Source: an uncultured delta proteobacterium
GTDB taxonomy: Bacteria > Myxococcota_A > Polyangia > Polyangiales > Polyangiaceae
Reading direction: 5' to 3'
DNA length: 64,000 bases
NCBI GenBank assembly: GCA_963696385.1
Contig: CAVOKF010000001.1
Span: 224,001-288,000 of the forward strand
Of this stretch, positions 1-9,632 are shown piece by piece. The position numbers and the translations under genes are program-made. Every line of letters begins with the position of its first letter. The stretch's first letter is position 1. Below the pieces are notes generated by a model. That model searched no databases. It had not been told where the DNA came from and saw only the letters and a list, made by a program, of their open reading frames with translations.

Positions 1-717
1 CCCGCAGAGCGCATCATGTCGCTCGCTCGCGAGCTCGGTGCCGATCTCATCGTGCTCGGAAGTCACGGCGAGAGCGGGGCGAGGGAGTGGGGCCTCGGCA
101 GCACCGCGCAGCAGGTGCTGTCGGTGGCGCGGGTATCGGTCCTGGTTGCGCGCAGGGTGGCGGGCCACGCGCAAGACGAACCGGCGCCGAAGCGGATCCT
201 GCTGCCGCTCGATGGTTCGTTGCGCGCGGAGAGCGTTCTGCCGACCGCCGCCCGCATCGCCAGGGCGCATGGCGCGGAGATCCTGCTCGCACACGTCGTC
301 GCGGAGCCTTGCATGACCGCCATGCTGCACGCCGGCGACGACCTCGACCGTGCGCGTCGGGTCGCCACGAGCCTCGAGTCTTCTGCGGCGCGATACCTCG
401 ATGACCTTTGCCATCAACTCGGGCGTGAGGGCTTGGCCGTGCGCGCCATCGTGGTGCGCCGCGCCGACGAGCGCCAGTCGCTGCTCGACGTCGTGCTCGC
501 CGAGGGGGTGGATTGGGTCGTGCTCTCGGCGCACGGAAACACGTGCAATCCCGCCCAATCGTTCGGGAGCGTGACCACCCATATGCTCGCCCACACGTCG
601 GTCCCGATCCTGGTTCTTCAGGACCTTCCCGAAGGCGAGACCGACCGCGCCCGAGAACTCGCCGAAAAGGACATGGCGCCCGAGCTTCGGGCGAGCTTCA
701 CGGAGGGGCAAGTTTGA
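1..717 (+). CDS. Tandem universal stress protein (USP), 5' end outside the window
   Basis: Frame is open from base 1. USP motifs ADLIVLGSHG..LGSTAQQVL and RILLPLDGS..VVLSAHG..FGSVTTHML. Confidence 0.9.
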   Translation, partial: PAERIMSLARELGADLIVLGSHGESGAREWGLGSTAQQVLSVARVSVLVARRVAGHAQDEPAPKRILLPLDGSLRAESVLPTAARIARAHGAEILLAHVVAEPCMTAMLHAGDDLDRARRVATSLESSAARYLDDLCHQLGREGLAVRAIVVRRADERQSLLDVVLAEGVDWVVLSAHGNTCNPAQSFGSVTTHMLAHTSVPILVLQDLPEGETDRARELAEKDMAPELRASFTEGQV

Positions 718-2015
718 CAGCAGCGATCGAGGCGGGCGAGGCGCCCGGCTACGCGACAGAGGCCGAGGCGCTCGAGCAACGGGCGCGATCTCTCGCCGCA
801 TCGCACGGTGCGATCGAGCGCCCGCGCCGCGCCGTGGCCGACTTTCTGGACGCGCCGACCATCGCGCTCTCTCTCGAGCAAGCCCAACGGCGCCTCGCCT
901 CCGATCATTCAGCAGACGCGGCGCTGCGCAAGCCGGCCGAGTGGTTTCTCGACAACTACTACCTGATCCGTCGGGCGGCGCGGCAGGTCGCAGAGGATCT
1001 TCCACGCGGCTTCGTACGGCGACTGCCGGTGCTCGCCAGCGGCCCGGCGAGCGGACTTCCGAGACTATGCGATCTCGCCAGCGCACTGGTCGTCGACAAG
1101 CCCATCGAAGTGGACGCGGCCGTCCTGCAGCGATTCATTCATGCCTATCAACAGATCGCGACGCTGACGATCGCCGAGCTTTGGGCTCTTCCGGCGATGC
1201 TGCGTTTCGCGGTTCTCGGCGGACTTGTGGATGACCTGCGCAAGCTGCACGTCGTTGACGCGGGGCCCGGGACCGCGACGGCGGAACCCGCACTTCATCC
1301 GGCAACGGATGTCGAGCGGTCGATTCGCCTGCTGCGTCTGCTCGCGGAAGTCGACTGGAGCGGGTTCTTCGAGAAAAACAGTCGTGTTGAAGCCATCCTG
1401 CGGGGTGACCCCGCGCATGTCTACGAGCGCATGGATTTCGCGACGTGCGACGCATACCGCAAAGCGGTCGAAGAGCTCGCGTGGGCGTCCGGCGCCACCG
1501 AAGGCGAAGTCGCCGATCGCGCCGTGGCTCTCGCCCATGGAGGCACGCCCGACCTGCGCCGCGGACATGTCGGCTTCTATCTCGTCGGTGCGGGGCGCGG
1601 TCTGCTCGAACGCGCCGTCCGATACCGGCCCGCGGGGATCGACCGATTGCGGCGCGCCTTGAGACGTTGGCCGACGCCCGCGTACCTCCTGCCGGTCGCC
1701 CTCGCGACCGCGGCGCCGCTGGGGGCCGTTGCTGGGTATGCCGCACACGCGGGTGGGCATGCGCTTTCGATCGCGGTGGCCGTCGCGCTCGCCCTGGTGC
1801 CGGCATCGGTCGTCGCGATTGCTCTCGTGCAGCGAATCTTCGCGCAGCTGCTGCCGCCTCGCGTTCTGCCGAAGCTCGACTTCTCGAAGGGGCTGCCCGA
1901 CGACGCGCGAGCTCTCGTGGTCATGCCGACCTTGCTCGGACAGGCCGCGGACGTCGAAGCTCGGCTCGCCCGATCGACGACCGTCGCTCGTCGGCGCGGC
2001 CGGAGCGTCCGGTAG
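714..2015 (+). pseudogene. N-terminal fragment of a cyclic beta-1,2-glucan synthase (NdvB/Cgs-like), truncated
   Basis: TTG at 714 overlaps the USP stop, with GGAGG at 702-706. Motifs PAEWFLDNYYLI, LTIAELWALPAMLR, DPAHVYERMDFAT, HVGFYL, LPKLDFSKGLP..LVVMPTLL. The ORF ends after ~430 aa; full-length family members are several-fold longer. Confidence 0.8.
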
Positions 2016-2061
2016 CCCCGTCGTTACGCCGAAGGACGCCGGACCGTGCTGACGAGTCCGT

Positions 2062-2266
<205 letters not shown>

Positions 2267-2347
2267 CGTCCTTGATTTCAAGTATCCCTCAGCATCATCG
2301 GTCTCCCGGATAGGTACGCGCGGGGGCGGGTGCGTAAGCTAGGTCGC

Positions 2348-3901
2348 ATGACCTTGGCGCACACCGCCGCCGATTGGGAGACGCGCCGCGAAGGGCCCTT
2401 CGCCGTAGGGCGAAGCGGTCGAACGCCCGGGAGAGCGGATGCGGCAATCCGTGCGCGCGTCCTCGTGGTCGACGACGACGACGACGCGCGCGTGGCGCTC
2501 GAAAGACTGCTCCGCGCGGACGGATTCGCGACTTCGACGGCGCCGGATGGCGAGACCGCCATCGCTGAAGCGAGCCGTGCGCGGCCCCACGTCGTTCTCA
2601 CGGACCTGCAGATGCACCCGCTCGACGGCGTCGAGTTGTGCCGGCGCCTGCACGAGATCGATCGCGATCTGCCGGTCATCGTGATGACCGCCCACTCCGA
2701 CATGCAGTCGGTGATCGAGAGCTTGCGGGTTGGGGCCGAGGACTATCTGCTCAAGCCCTTGGAGTACGACGCGGTCCGCTGGTGCGTGGAGCGCGCCGTC
2801 GCGCGCCGCACCGAGAAACTCGAGGCCGAGCGCCAGCGCGCCCAGATTGGCGCGCTGCTCGGCAACCTGAGCGAAGGCGTCGTCATCGCCGACGCGAGCG
2901 GCACCATCTTGATGATCAACGATGCCGCGCGCGCCATCCTCGGCGTCGGGGACGAAGATCTGCGCACCCTCGATGCACTGGACTCGCTGGCGGTGCACGA
3001 TCTGAGGGGGCGGCCGCTCTGCAGCGCAGAGCGACCTCTCGTGCGCGCACTGCGGGGCGAGCCGTACGTGGACTACGAGGTGGTGCTGCGAATGAAATCG
3101 AACGGCGAGCCGCGTCGCGTCGTGTCGACGGGAACGAGCACGAGAGACGCCGGCGGCAACGTTTCCTTGGCGATCGTCTTGTTTCGCGACGTCACGGATC
3201 TGAGACGTCTGGAGCAGCAGCGCGACGAATACGTGGAGCTCATTTCCCACGACCTTCGCAATCCCCTGAGCAGCACCCTGATGTTCCTGTCGACGCTCAA
3301 GCGCGCCGTCGAGAAGACGGGCAAGGCCGAGGACATGCAGCTCGCCGAACGCGCGGAACGCAACCTCTGGCGAATGAACGCGATGCTCGACGAGATCACG
3401 CAGGCGGCGAGCCTCGAGTCGGAATCGGTCGCCCTGCGTCCGGTGACGTGCGATTTGCGCGAGATCGTCGACCGGGTCGTCGATCCCATGGATGACGCTC
3501 GCGCGCGCCGCATCACGATCGAGACCGATGAGGCATCGCCCTACCTCGTCTGCGGCGACGCATCGCAGCTCGAGCGTGTCGTTGCCAACCTCATCACGAA
3601 TGCGCTCAAATACTCCGCCGACGAGACTCCCGTGAGCCTGTGGCTCGCGCGTACGGGCAGCGAAGTCGGTCTTTGCGTGATCGATCGCGGCATCGGCATC
3701 GCGCCCGAGAGCCTGGTGACGCTCTTCGATCGGTACCACAGGACCACGGCGGGCAAGGCGCATGCAAGCGGTCTCGGGCTTGGCCTCTACATCGCGCGCC
3801 AGATTGTCGAAGCACACCACGGCCAGATCCAGGTTTTCAGCGAGGTCGGCAAGGGCAGCACGTTCAGGCTCACGTTGCCGGCCGACACTCGGACGGGCTA
3901 A
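2348..3901 (+). CDS. Hybrid REC-PAS-histidine kinase
   Basis: REC (VLVVDDD, LTDLQM, YLLKP), PAS, H-box ISHDLRNPL, N-box NLITNALKY, G-boxes DRGIGI and GLGLGL. Start uncertain. Confidence 0.92.
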   Translation: MTLAHTAADWETRREGPFAVGRSGRTPGRADAAIRARVLVVDDDDDARVALERLLRADGFATSTAPDGETAIAEASRARPHVVLTDLQMHPLDGVELCRRLHEIDRDLPVIVMTAHSDMQSVIESLRVGAEDYLLKPLEYDAVRWCVERAVARRTEKLEAERQRAQIGALLGNLSEGVVIADASGTILMINDAARAILGVGDEDLRTLDALDSLAVHDLRGRPLCSAERPLVRALRGEPYVDYEVVLRMKSNGEPRRVVSTGTSTRDAGGNVSLAIVLFRDVTDLRRLEQQRDEYVELISHDLRNPLSSTLMFLSTLKRAVEKTGKAEDMQLAERAERNLWRMNAMLDEITQAASLESESVALRPVTCDLREIVDRVVDPMDDARARRITIETDEASPYLVCGDASQLERVVANLITNALKYSADETPVSLWLARTGSEVGLCVIDRGIGIAPESLVTLFDRYHRTTAGKAHASGLGLGLYIARQIVEAHHGQIQVFSEVGKGSTFRLTLPADTRTG

Positions 3902-3935
3902 TCCGATGCTGCACTGGAGAGGGTGAGGGTGCGGG

Positions 3936-6362
3936 ATGGCTCTTGAAGCGCAGCCAAGGGGTTCGACGGGCGCGAGCCGGGCGACGCCCGACTTCCGATT
4001 CCTGTTTGAGTCGGCACCCGGTTGCTACCTCGTCCTTTCGCCCGACCTGACGATCGTCGCGGTGAGCGACGCGTATCTGCGCGCGACCATGACCCAGCGG
4101 GACGAGATCGTGGGCCGTGGCATTTTTGACGTGTTCCCGGACAACCCGGGCGACCCTGCGGCGACGGGCGTCGCCAACCTGCGCGCGTCGCTCGGTCGGG
4201 TGCTGGCCCAAGGGCGACCCGACACGATGGCCGTGCAGAAGTACGACATTCGACGCCCGGACTCCGATGGCGGTGGCTTCGAAGAGCGCTACTGGAGCCC
4301 GGTGAACTCTCCGTTGATCGGCGACGACGGGCGGGTCGTCTACGTCCTTCATCACGTCGAAGACGTGACCGAGAAGGTCCGCTTGCAGCAGAAGGAAGGG
4401 GAACAGGACAGGGCTATCCGCGAGCTCTTCATTCGGTCCGAAAGCCGCTTTGGCCAGCTGCTCGATGCGGCGCCGGACGCCATGGTGGTCGTCGGAGACG
4501 ACGGACGCATCGACTTCGTCAACGTGCAGACCGAGAAAGTCTTCGGGTACACCCGCGCGGAGCTTGTCGGACAACCCCTCGCGATCTTGGTTCCCGAGCG
4601 ATTCCAGACGGCGCACGCCGGACACGAGGCTCGATTTTTCACGAGCCCGAGCGCGCGGACGATGGGCTCGGGGTTGGAGCTCTTCGGTCGACGCAAGGAT
4701 GGCACCGAGCTGCCCATCGAGGTGAGCCTCAGCCCCCTCCGCGACGAACACGGCACGACGGTTTCGGCGTCGATTCGCGACATCAGCGAGCGCAAGCGCA
4801 TGGAGGCCGCCGCGAAGCTGACCGCCGACCGCTTGGCAAGCGCCGTCGAAAGCATCCAAGATGCCTTTGCGCTTTTCGACGACGGCGATCGGCTGGTTCT
4901 CTGCAATAGCGCCTATCGGCGCCTCGTCGGTGAGTCGCTCCCTGGCCCGCTCGTCGGCAGGTCGTACCGAGATGTTCTCGACGCGTGGACCCATGACATC
5001 GACTTTCCCGCGGAGGCCGCGCGCCAGCATTTCGTGGACGATCGCATCGCGCGGCGACGCCACGACCAGACGACGACGTTCGACGTTCGCATGCGCGACG
5101 GGCGCAGCCTACGTGTCATCGATCGACGCACCGCCGAAGGGGGGATCGTCAAGACGATCTGGGATCGGACCGACGACGAGCGCCGGGCCGAAGATCTCCG
5201 CCAGGCGCGCGCCGCGGCGGAAGCGGGCAGCGCGGCCAAGAGCGACTTTCTCTCCTCGATGAGCCATGAGCTCCGGACTCCCTTGAACGCAATCCTCGGT
5301 TTCGCGCAGCTCCTTCAGAGAGACAAGAGGGATCCGCTCGCGGAGCGTCACAGAGAGCGGGTCGATCAGATCCTCAGGGGGGGCGAACACCTGCTGCGCC
5401 TCATCGACGACATCTTGGACCTGTCGCGCATCGAGGCGGGCGCCGTCTCGATCTCCACCGAGCCGATCGGCGTCGTCGACGTGCTCGACGAGGTGAAGCG
5501 CACGCTCGCGACGATGGCGGCTCGCCAGGACATTCACGTCACGCTCGAAGCGTTGCCCCCCGATCTTCCCTTGGTGGCCGTGGACAGGACTCGGTTTGCG
5601 CAGATCCTCATGAACTTCGGGTCCAACGCGATCAAGTACAATCGCCCGGCGGGAAACGTGGCGTTTACCGTATCCATGTCCGGGCCCGATCGAGTGCGTG
5701 TCGCGGTCCGAGACACGGGCATCGGGATCCCCGCCGACAAGCAGGCCAAGCTCTTTCAGCCGTTCCAGAGGGCGGGACAAGAGACGGGACCGATCGAGGG
5801 AACGGGAATCGGACTCGTCATCACCCGACGTCTTGCGCAGCTGATGGGCGGAGACGTGGGCTTTCGAAGCGTTTCGGGAGAAGGGTCCGAGTTCTGGGTG
5901 GACATGCCGGTGCACGCGCCCGTCATGCGCTCGGTCGCACCGCCTGCGCCAGGCGACGAGGCCGTGAGACCGGTCGCACTGGAGGGGCGCCGGCTGGTGC
6001 TCTACGTGGAGGATCACCCGGCGAACGTCTCGTTCATGAAGGACCTGGTCAGCACGTTCGACAACATCGACCTTCTCGCGGTGCCAACCGCAGAGATGGG
6101 GCTCGAGGTCGCAGGCAAACGCCATCCGGAGGTCATCATCATGGACATCAACTTGCCTGGAATGAGCGGGGTCGAGGCGCTCCGCGCCCTGCGCGGCGCG
6201 CCCGAGACGAAGGACATCCCCGTCATCGCGCTCACGGCGGCAGCTTCCGAGCGGGACAGGCAGCGGGGCATCCAAATCGGTTTTTTCCGGTATCTGACCA
6301 AGCCCGTGAAGGTGGACGAGCTCGTCAGCGCGCTGTCGGCCCTGCTCGCTTCACCCCGCTGA
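3936..6362 (+). CDS. Multi-PAS hybrid histidine kinase with C-terminal receiver
   Basis: Three PAS-like domains (RRKDGTELPIEVSLS), SHELRTPLNAILGF, DTGIGI, GTGIGL, REC with IMDINLPGMSG and LTKP. Confidence 0.95.
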   Translation: MALEAQPRGSTGASRATPDFRFLFESAPGCYLVLSPDLTIVAVSDAYLRATMTQRDEIVGRGIFDVFPDNPGDPAATGVANLRASLGRVLAQGRPDTMAVQKYDIRRPDSDGGGFEERYWSPVNSPLIGDDGRVVYVLHHVEDVTEKVRLQQKEGEQDRAIRELFIRSESRFGQLLDAAPDAMVVVGDDGRIDFVNVQTEKVFGYTRAELVGQPLAILVPERFQTAHAGHEARFFTSPSARTMGSGLELFGRRKDGTELPIEVSLSPLRDEHGTTVSASIRDISERKRMEAAAKLTADRLASAVESIQDAFALFDDGDRLVLCNSAYRRLVGESLPGPLVGRSYRDVLDAWTHDIDFPAEAARQHFVDDRIARRRHDQTTTFDVRMRDGRSLRVIDRRTAEGGIVKTIWDRTDDERRAEDLRQARAAAEAGSAAKSDFLSSMSHELRTPLNAILGFAQLLQRDKRDPLAERHRERVDQILRGGEHLLRLIDDILDLSRIEAGAVSISTEPIGVVDVLDEVKRTLATMAARQDIHVTLEALPPDLPLVAVDRTRFAQILMNFGSNAIKYNRPAGNVAFTVSMSGPDRVRVAVRDTGIGIPADKQAKLFQPFQRAGQETGPIEGTGIGLVITRRLAQLMGGDVGFRSVSGEGSEFWVDMPVHAPVMRSVAPPAPGDEAVRPVALEGRRLVLYVEDHPANVSFMKDLVSTFDNIDLLAVPTAEMGLEVAGKRHPEVIIMDINLPGMSGVEALRALRGAPETKDIPVIALTAAASERDRQRGIQIGFFRYLTKPVKVDELVSALSALLASPR

Positions 6363-6803
6363 TGCGTCCGGCGGGTACAGCCCTCGATGGAGTGCGTCCA
6401 GAGCCGAGGTGCGAGCGAGCTCGTCGAGATGCGAGTCCGCCCACTGATACAAGAGCCAATCCTCGCCTACCGCGTGCGCGTGCAGTTCGTCCGCGAGGTC
6501 CCGTACCCAGTCCGGTCGCAGCCGGTGCGAGTCGACTGCGACGCCGATCTCGGTGAGACGCGCGCGAATATGGCGGTGCTCTTCTACGAGAACCCACGCG
6601 TCGCGCTCGCGCGCGCGAACGAGCGCGGGGATCAAGTGCCCTTCCACCGTCTCGAGATGCGCGATCAGCCGGCCGCGGCACTCGGCCCAGAGCCTCGGAA
6701 CCAGGCGGCCGTCGCCCTTTGCAAAGGCGGCGAGGAGCTGTCCGAGGCGCGATTCGATCTCGTCGTAGTCGGCGAGGAACCGGTCGTGAATGGGCGTCGT
6801 CAC
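6351..6803 (-). CDS. Hemerythrin/HHE-like domain protein (degenerate)
   Basis: Helical spacing HLETVE..EEH..HAVGED. GTG start overlaps the stop of the upstream activator (GTGA). Confidence 0.65.
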   Translation of the reverse strand: MTTPIHDRFLADYDEIESRLGQLLAAFAKGDGRLVPRLWAECRGRLIAHLETVEGHLIPALVRARERDAWVLVEEHRHIRARLTEIGVAVDSHRLRPDWVRDLADELHAHAVGEDWLLYQWADSHLDELARTSALDALHRGLYPPDASAG

Positions 6804-8251
6804 CCCAATCCGGCCTCCGATTCAGAGCCTGACGGGGACACGCTTTTTGCGCGCGCAGCCGGTCCGGCTTTGGGGGCCAGCGAGCGGTACAGCGTCGAAA
6901 GGTCGATCCCCAGGATCTCGGCTGCCCGCAGCTTGTTCCCGCGAGTCTCGGAGAGCACCCAGTCCATGTAGGCCCGGTTCAATTGCCGGATCGTCCACGG
7001 CGCTTGGCTCGGAAAGGGCCATGGGGAGGTCGGCGAAGCATGCGGAAGCAACGATAGGTGCTTCGAGTCGATCGTCTCGTCGACACCGAAGACGACGGCG
7101 CGCTCGATCGAGCTCGCGAGTTCGCGGACGTTGCCGGGCCACGACGACGCGGTCAGCACGCGAAGGGCGTCTTCGCCGATCGTTCGGACCGGCGACAGCG
7201 GGGCGCGCTGGCGAGCCTCGGCGAGAAACCGCGCCGCGAGGGCGGGGATGTCCTCCCGGCGATCGCGCAGGGGCGGAACGAGCACCGGCAGGACGTTCAA
7301 CCGGTAATACAGGTCTTCTCGGAATCGCCCCTCCCGGATGAGCCCGGCAAGGTCACGGTGAGTGGCCGCGATCACGCGCACGTCGACGTGATGACTGCGC
7401 TCGCTGCCCAAAGGCCGGACGTCGCCAAACTGCAGAACCCTCAGGAGCTTGGCCTGCAAGCCGATGGGCATGTCGCCAATCTCGTCGAGCAGCAGCGTGC
7501 CGCCGTCGGCTTGGGTGATCAGTCCCTTGTGCGCGTGCACCGCGCCTGTGAAAGCCCCGCGCGCGTATCCGAAGATCTCGCCCTCCAAGAGCTCCTGCGG
7601 GATGGCGGACGTATTGACCGCCACGAAGGGCCTAGGGCGACGGGCACTTCGCGCGTGGATCGCGTGAGCGACGAGATCCTTGCCCACCCCGGTCTCTCCC
7701 GTGACGAGTACGGGGGCGTTCGACCGGGCGACGAAATCGATGACGGTTTGCAGCGTTCGCATCGCGGGTCCGGTGCCGACGATCTCGATGTCCCCGTCCG
7801 CGGCGGCTGCACGAGGGCTCGCGCTTTCGCTTGGAGGCTGTCGCTCCGTCAGCGCTCGTGCCACGATCTTTCGGACCTCGTCCGCGTCGCACGGCTTGAC
7901 GAGGTAATCGAAGGCGCCACGCTTGATGGCATCGACCGCTTGGCGGATGCCGGCTGCGCCGGTGATGGCGATGAACGGCAACGCCGGATGGCTCCGCTGG
8001 ATGCGGTCCAGTAACTCGAGCCCGTTCATGCCGTTCATCCGGATGTCGCTGATGACCACGTCGAAGCGGTCGCGGTCGACGATCGGCAAGGCAGCCATCG
8101 CGCTCTCTGCGAGCTCGCAGGCATAGCCGTCGTCCGACAACGTGATCTTGAGGGCTTCGCGCATGTCGGCGTCGTCGTCCACGATCAAGACGCGCGATGG
8201 CCTCCGCATCGGCTTCTCTTCCTCGGGCTTATGGGTCATGACTTCGCTCAT
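6800..8251 (-). CDS. Sigma-54-dependent response regulator (NtrC family)
   Basis: REC, Walker A GETGVGKD, GAFTGA, LLLDEIGD, FREDLYYRL, WPGNVREL and a Fis-type HTH. RBS AGGAG before ATG 8251. Confidence 0.95.
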   Translation of the reverse strand: MSEVMTHKPEEEKPMRRPSRVLIVDDDADMREALKITLSDDGYACELAESAMAALPIVDRDRFDVVISDIRMNGMNGLELLDRIQRSHPALPFIAITGAAGIRQAVDAIKRGAFDYLVKPCDADEVRKIVARALTERQPPSESASPRAAAADGDIEIVGTGPAMRTLQTVIDFVARSNAPVLVTGETGVGKDLVAHAIHARSARRPRPFVAVNTSAIPQELLEGEIFGYARGAFTGAVHAHKGLITQADGGTLLLDEIGDMPIGLQAKLLRVLQFGDVRPLGSERSHHVDVRVIAATHRDLAGLIREGRFREDLYYRLNVLPVLVPPLRDRREDIPALAARFLAEARQRAPLSPVRTIGEDALRVLTASSWPGNVRELASSIERAVVFGVDETIDSKHLSLLPHASPTSPWPFPSQAPWTIRQLNRAYMDWVLSETRGNKLRAAEILGIDLSTLYRSLAPKAGPAARAKSVSPSGSESEAGLG

Positions 8252-8280
8252 GGCCGAATTCTCCTGGTTTCGGGTGTCAC

Positions 8281-8296
8281 AGCACGGCGCATGCCC
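8281..8296 (-). promoter_or_regulatory. Putative sigma-54 promoter of the NtrC-family gene
   Basis: Minus strand GGGCATG-CGCC-GTGCT with exact GG-N10-GC spacing, 30 nt before the start. Confidence 0.5.
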
Positions 8297-8525
8297 GAGT
8301 CGATGCGTGCCCCTTGTCGCAATGTCGAAGCGTGCATTTGTCGCAATGAGGTGTCGGGTGTCGCGCATTTCGTGCGCGAACCGGAATTGTACGCGCCGGT
8401 CGAGAGGGTCAGTCGGTCGTCGCGGCCTGTGAGACGCTCTTCTCCCCTCTCCGCGGATCTCCGCGGGCGCACGACGATCACGCGACGGTTGTCGCGCTGG
8501 CGCCACCCCGAGCGGCGACGGCGAT

Positions 8526-8540
8526 TGGCACGCGCTCTGC
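8526..8540 (+). promoter_or_regulatory. Putative sigma-54 promoter of the PAP2 gene
   Basis: TGGCACG-CGCT-CTGC. Confidence 0.6.
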
Positions 8541-8618
8541 CTGTGGCATGTCTACGCCGGGGCGTGCCCACTTTTGGGCGCGCGCTGGCTGGTCACTTGC
8601 CATGGGCCATGGGTGCGC

Positions 8619-9455
8619 ATGAATCTCGGTCGCCTCTCTCGATGGTCGCTCGGCGCAGCGAGCCTCCTACTGATGCCGCAAGCCGCGCGAGCCGAGGATC
8701 CGAATGCGGCAGACCATTTTGCGATCCAGCCCGTCGCCGACGGGGTGGTCATCGCGGCCGGGGCCGGTTTCTCGACGATCCTGTCGCTCATCTTGAACAC
8801 GGGCGAAATTCAGCCGTTGCCGGTGGCGGCGGGGAGCGAAAGCCGGCTTTTGGGCATCGATCGCATCGCCGTGACGCAGACCATCGATCCGCACGCGGGG
8901 ACGTACTCGGACCTCGGCTTGTACGCCGGCGTCGGCCTTGCGGTGGTCGACACCCTTTCCTCCGCATTTCGCGACCGCTGGGAGGCTGGCCTCACCGACG
9001 GGGTGATGTACGCCGAGTCGGTGTCGGTGGCGGTTGCCTTTGACGACATCGTCAAGATCGCCGTGCGGCGACCGCGTCCGATCGATTACAGCGCTGCGAA
9101 CGCCGGCAATACCTCGAACACCGACTTGGCACTGTCGTTTTTCTCTGGGCACGAGGCGGTGCTCTCCTCGATAACCGGAACCGCAACGTATCTCGCGTTC
9201 ATCCATTCGCCGGATTCGCCGCGTCCTTGGCTCACGCTGGCGGGCGGCACGCTGCTCACCGCGTGGGTCGGTTACGAGCGCGTCCGGGCCGGAGCGCACT
9301 TCCCGACCGACGTCATCATGGGAGCTCTTGCAGGCGCCTCGATCGGCGTGCTCGTTCCGCACTTGCACAGGCGGGGAACCCGCCCCGTATGGATCGATCT
9401 CGCGCCGGCTCCGGGCGGCAGGGGAGCCACCGCCGGCGTACACGGCTTTTTCTGA
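8619..9455 (+). CDS. PAP2-family phosphatase, exported or membrane-bound
   Basis: Signal peptide; motifs KIAVRRPRP, SFFSGH, RVRAGAHFPTDV. Confidence 0.9.
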   Translation: MNLGRLSRWSLGAASLLLMPQAARAEDPNAADHFAIQPVADGVVIAAGAGFSTILSLILNTGEIQPLPVAAGSESRLLGIDRIAVTQTIDPHAGTYSDLGLYAGVGLAVVDTLSSAFRDRWEAGLTDGVMYAESVSVAVAFDDIVKIAVRRPRPIDYSAANAGNTSNTDLALSFFSGHEAVLSSITGTATYLAFIHSPDSPRPWLTLAGGTLLTAWVGYERVRAGAHFPTDVIMGALAGASIGVLVPHLHRRGTRPVWIDLAPAPGGRGATAGVHGFF

Positions 9456-9632
9456 TCGGGGCGTTCCGTTACGGCCTGCGCCCCCCTTTGGCGCAGATGC
9501 AATCTCTTCTCCGGCCCGCGAGCGTCGACCGAGCGCTCCTCAACCACGTCGAATTGCCTTCGCATTCCGCGTCGAGGATGGCGTAGATTGCGAGCGATCG
9601 AGCGGCGGGAGCGAGCGGCCACCGTGCAGCCC

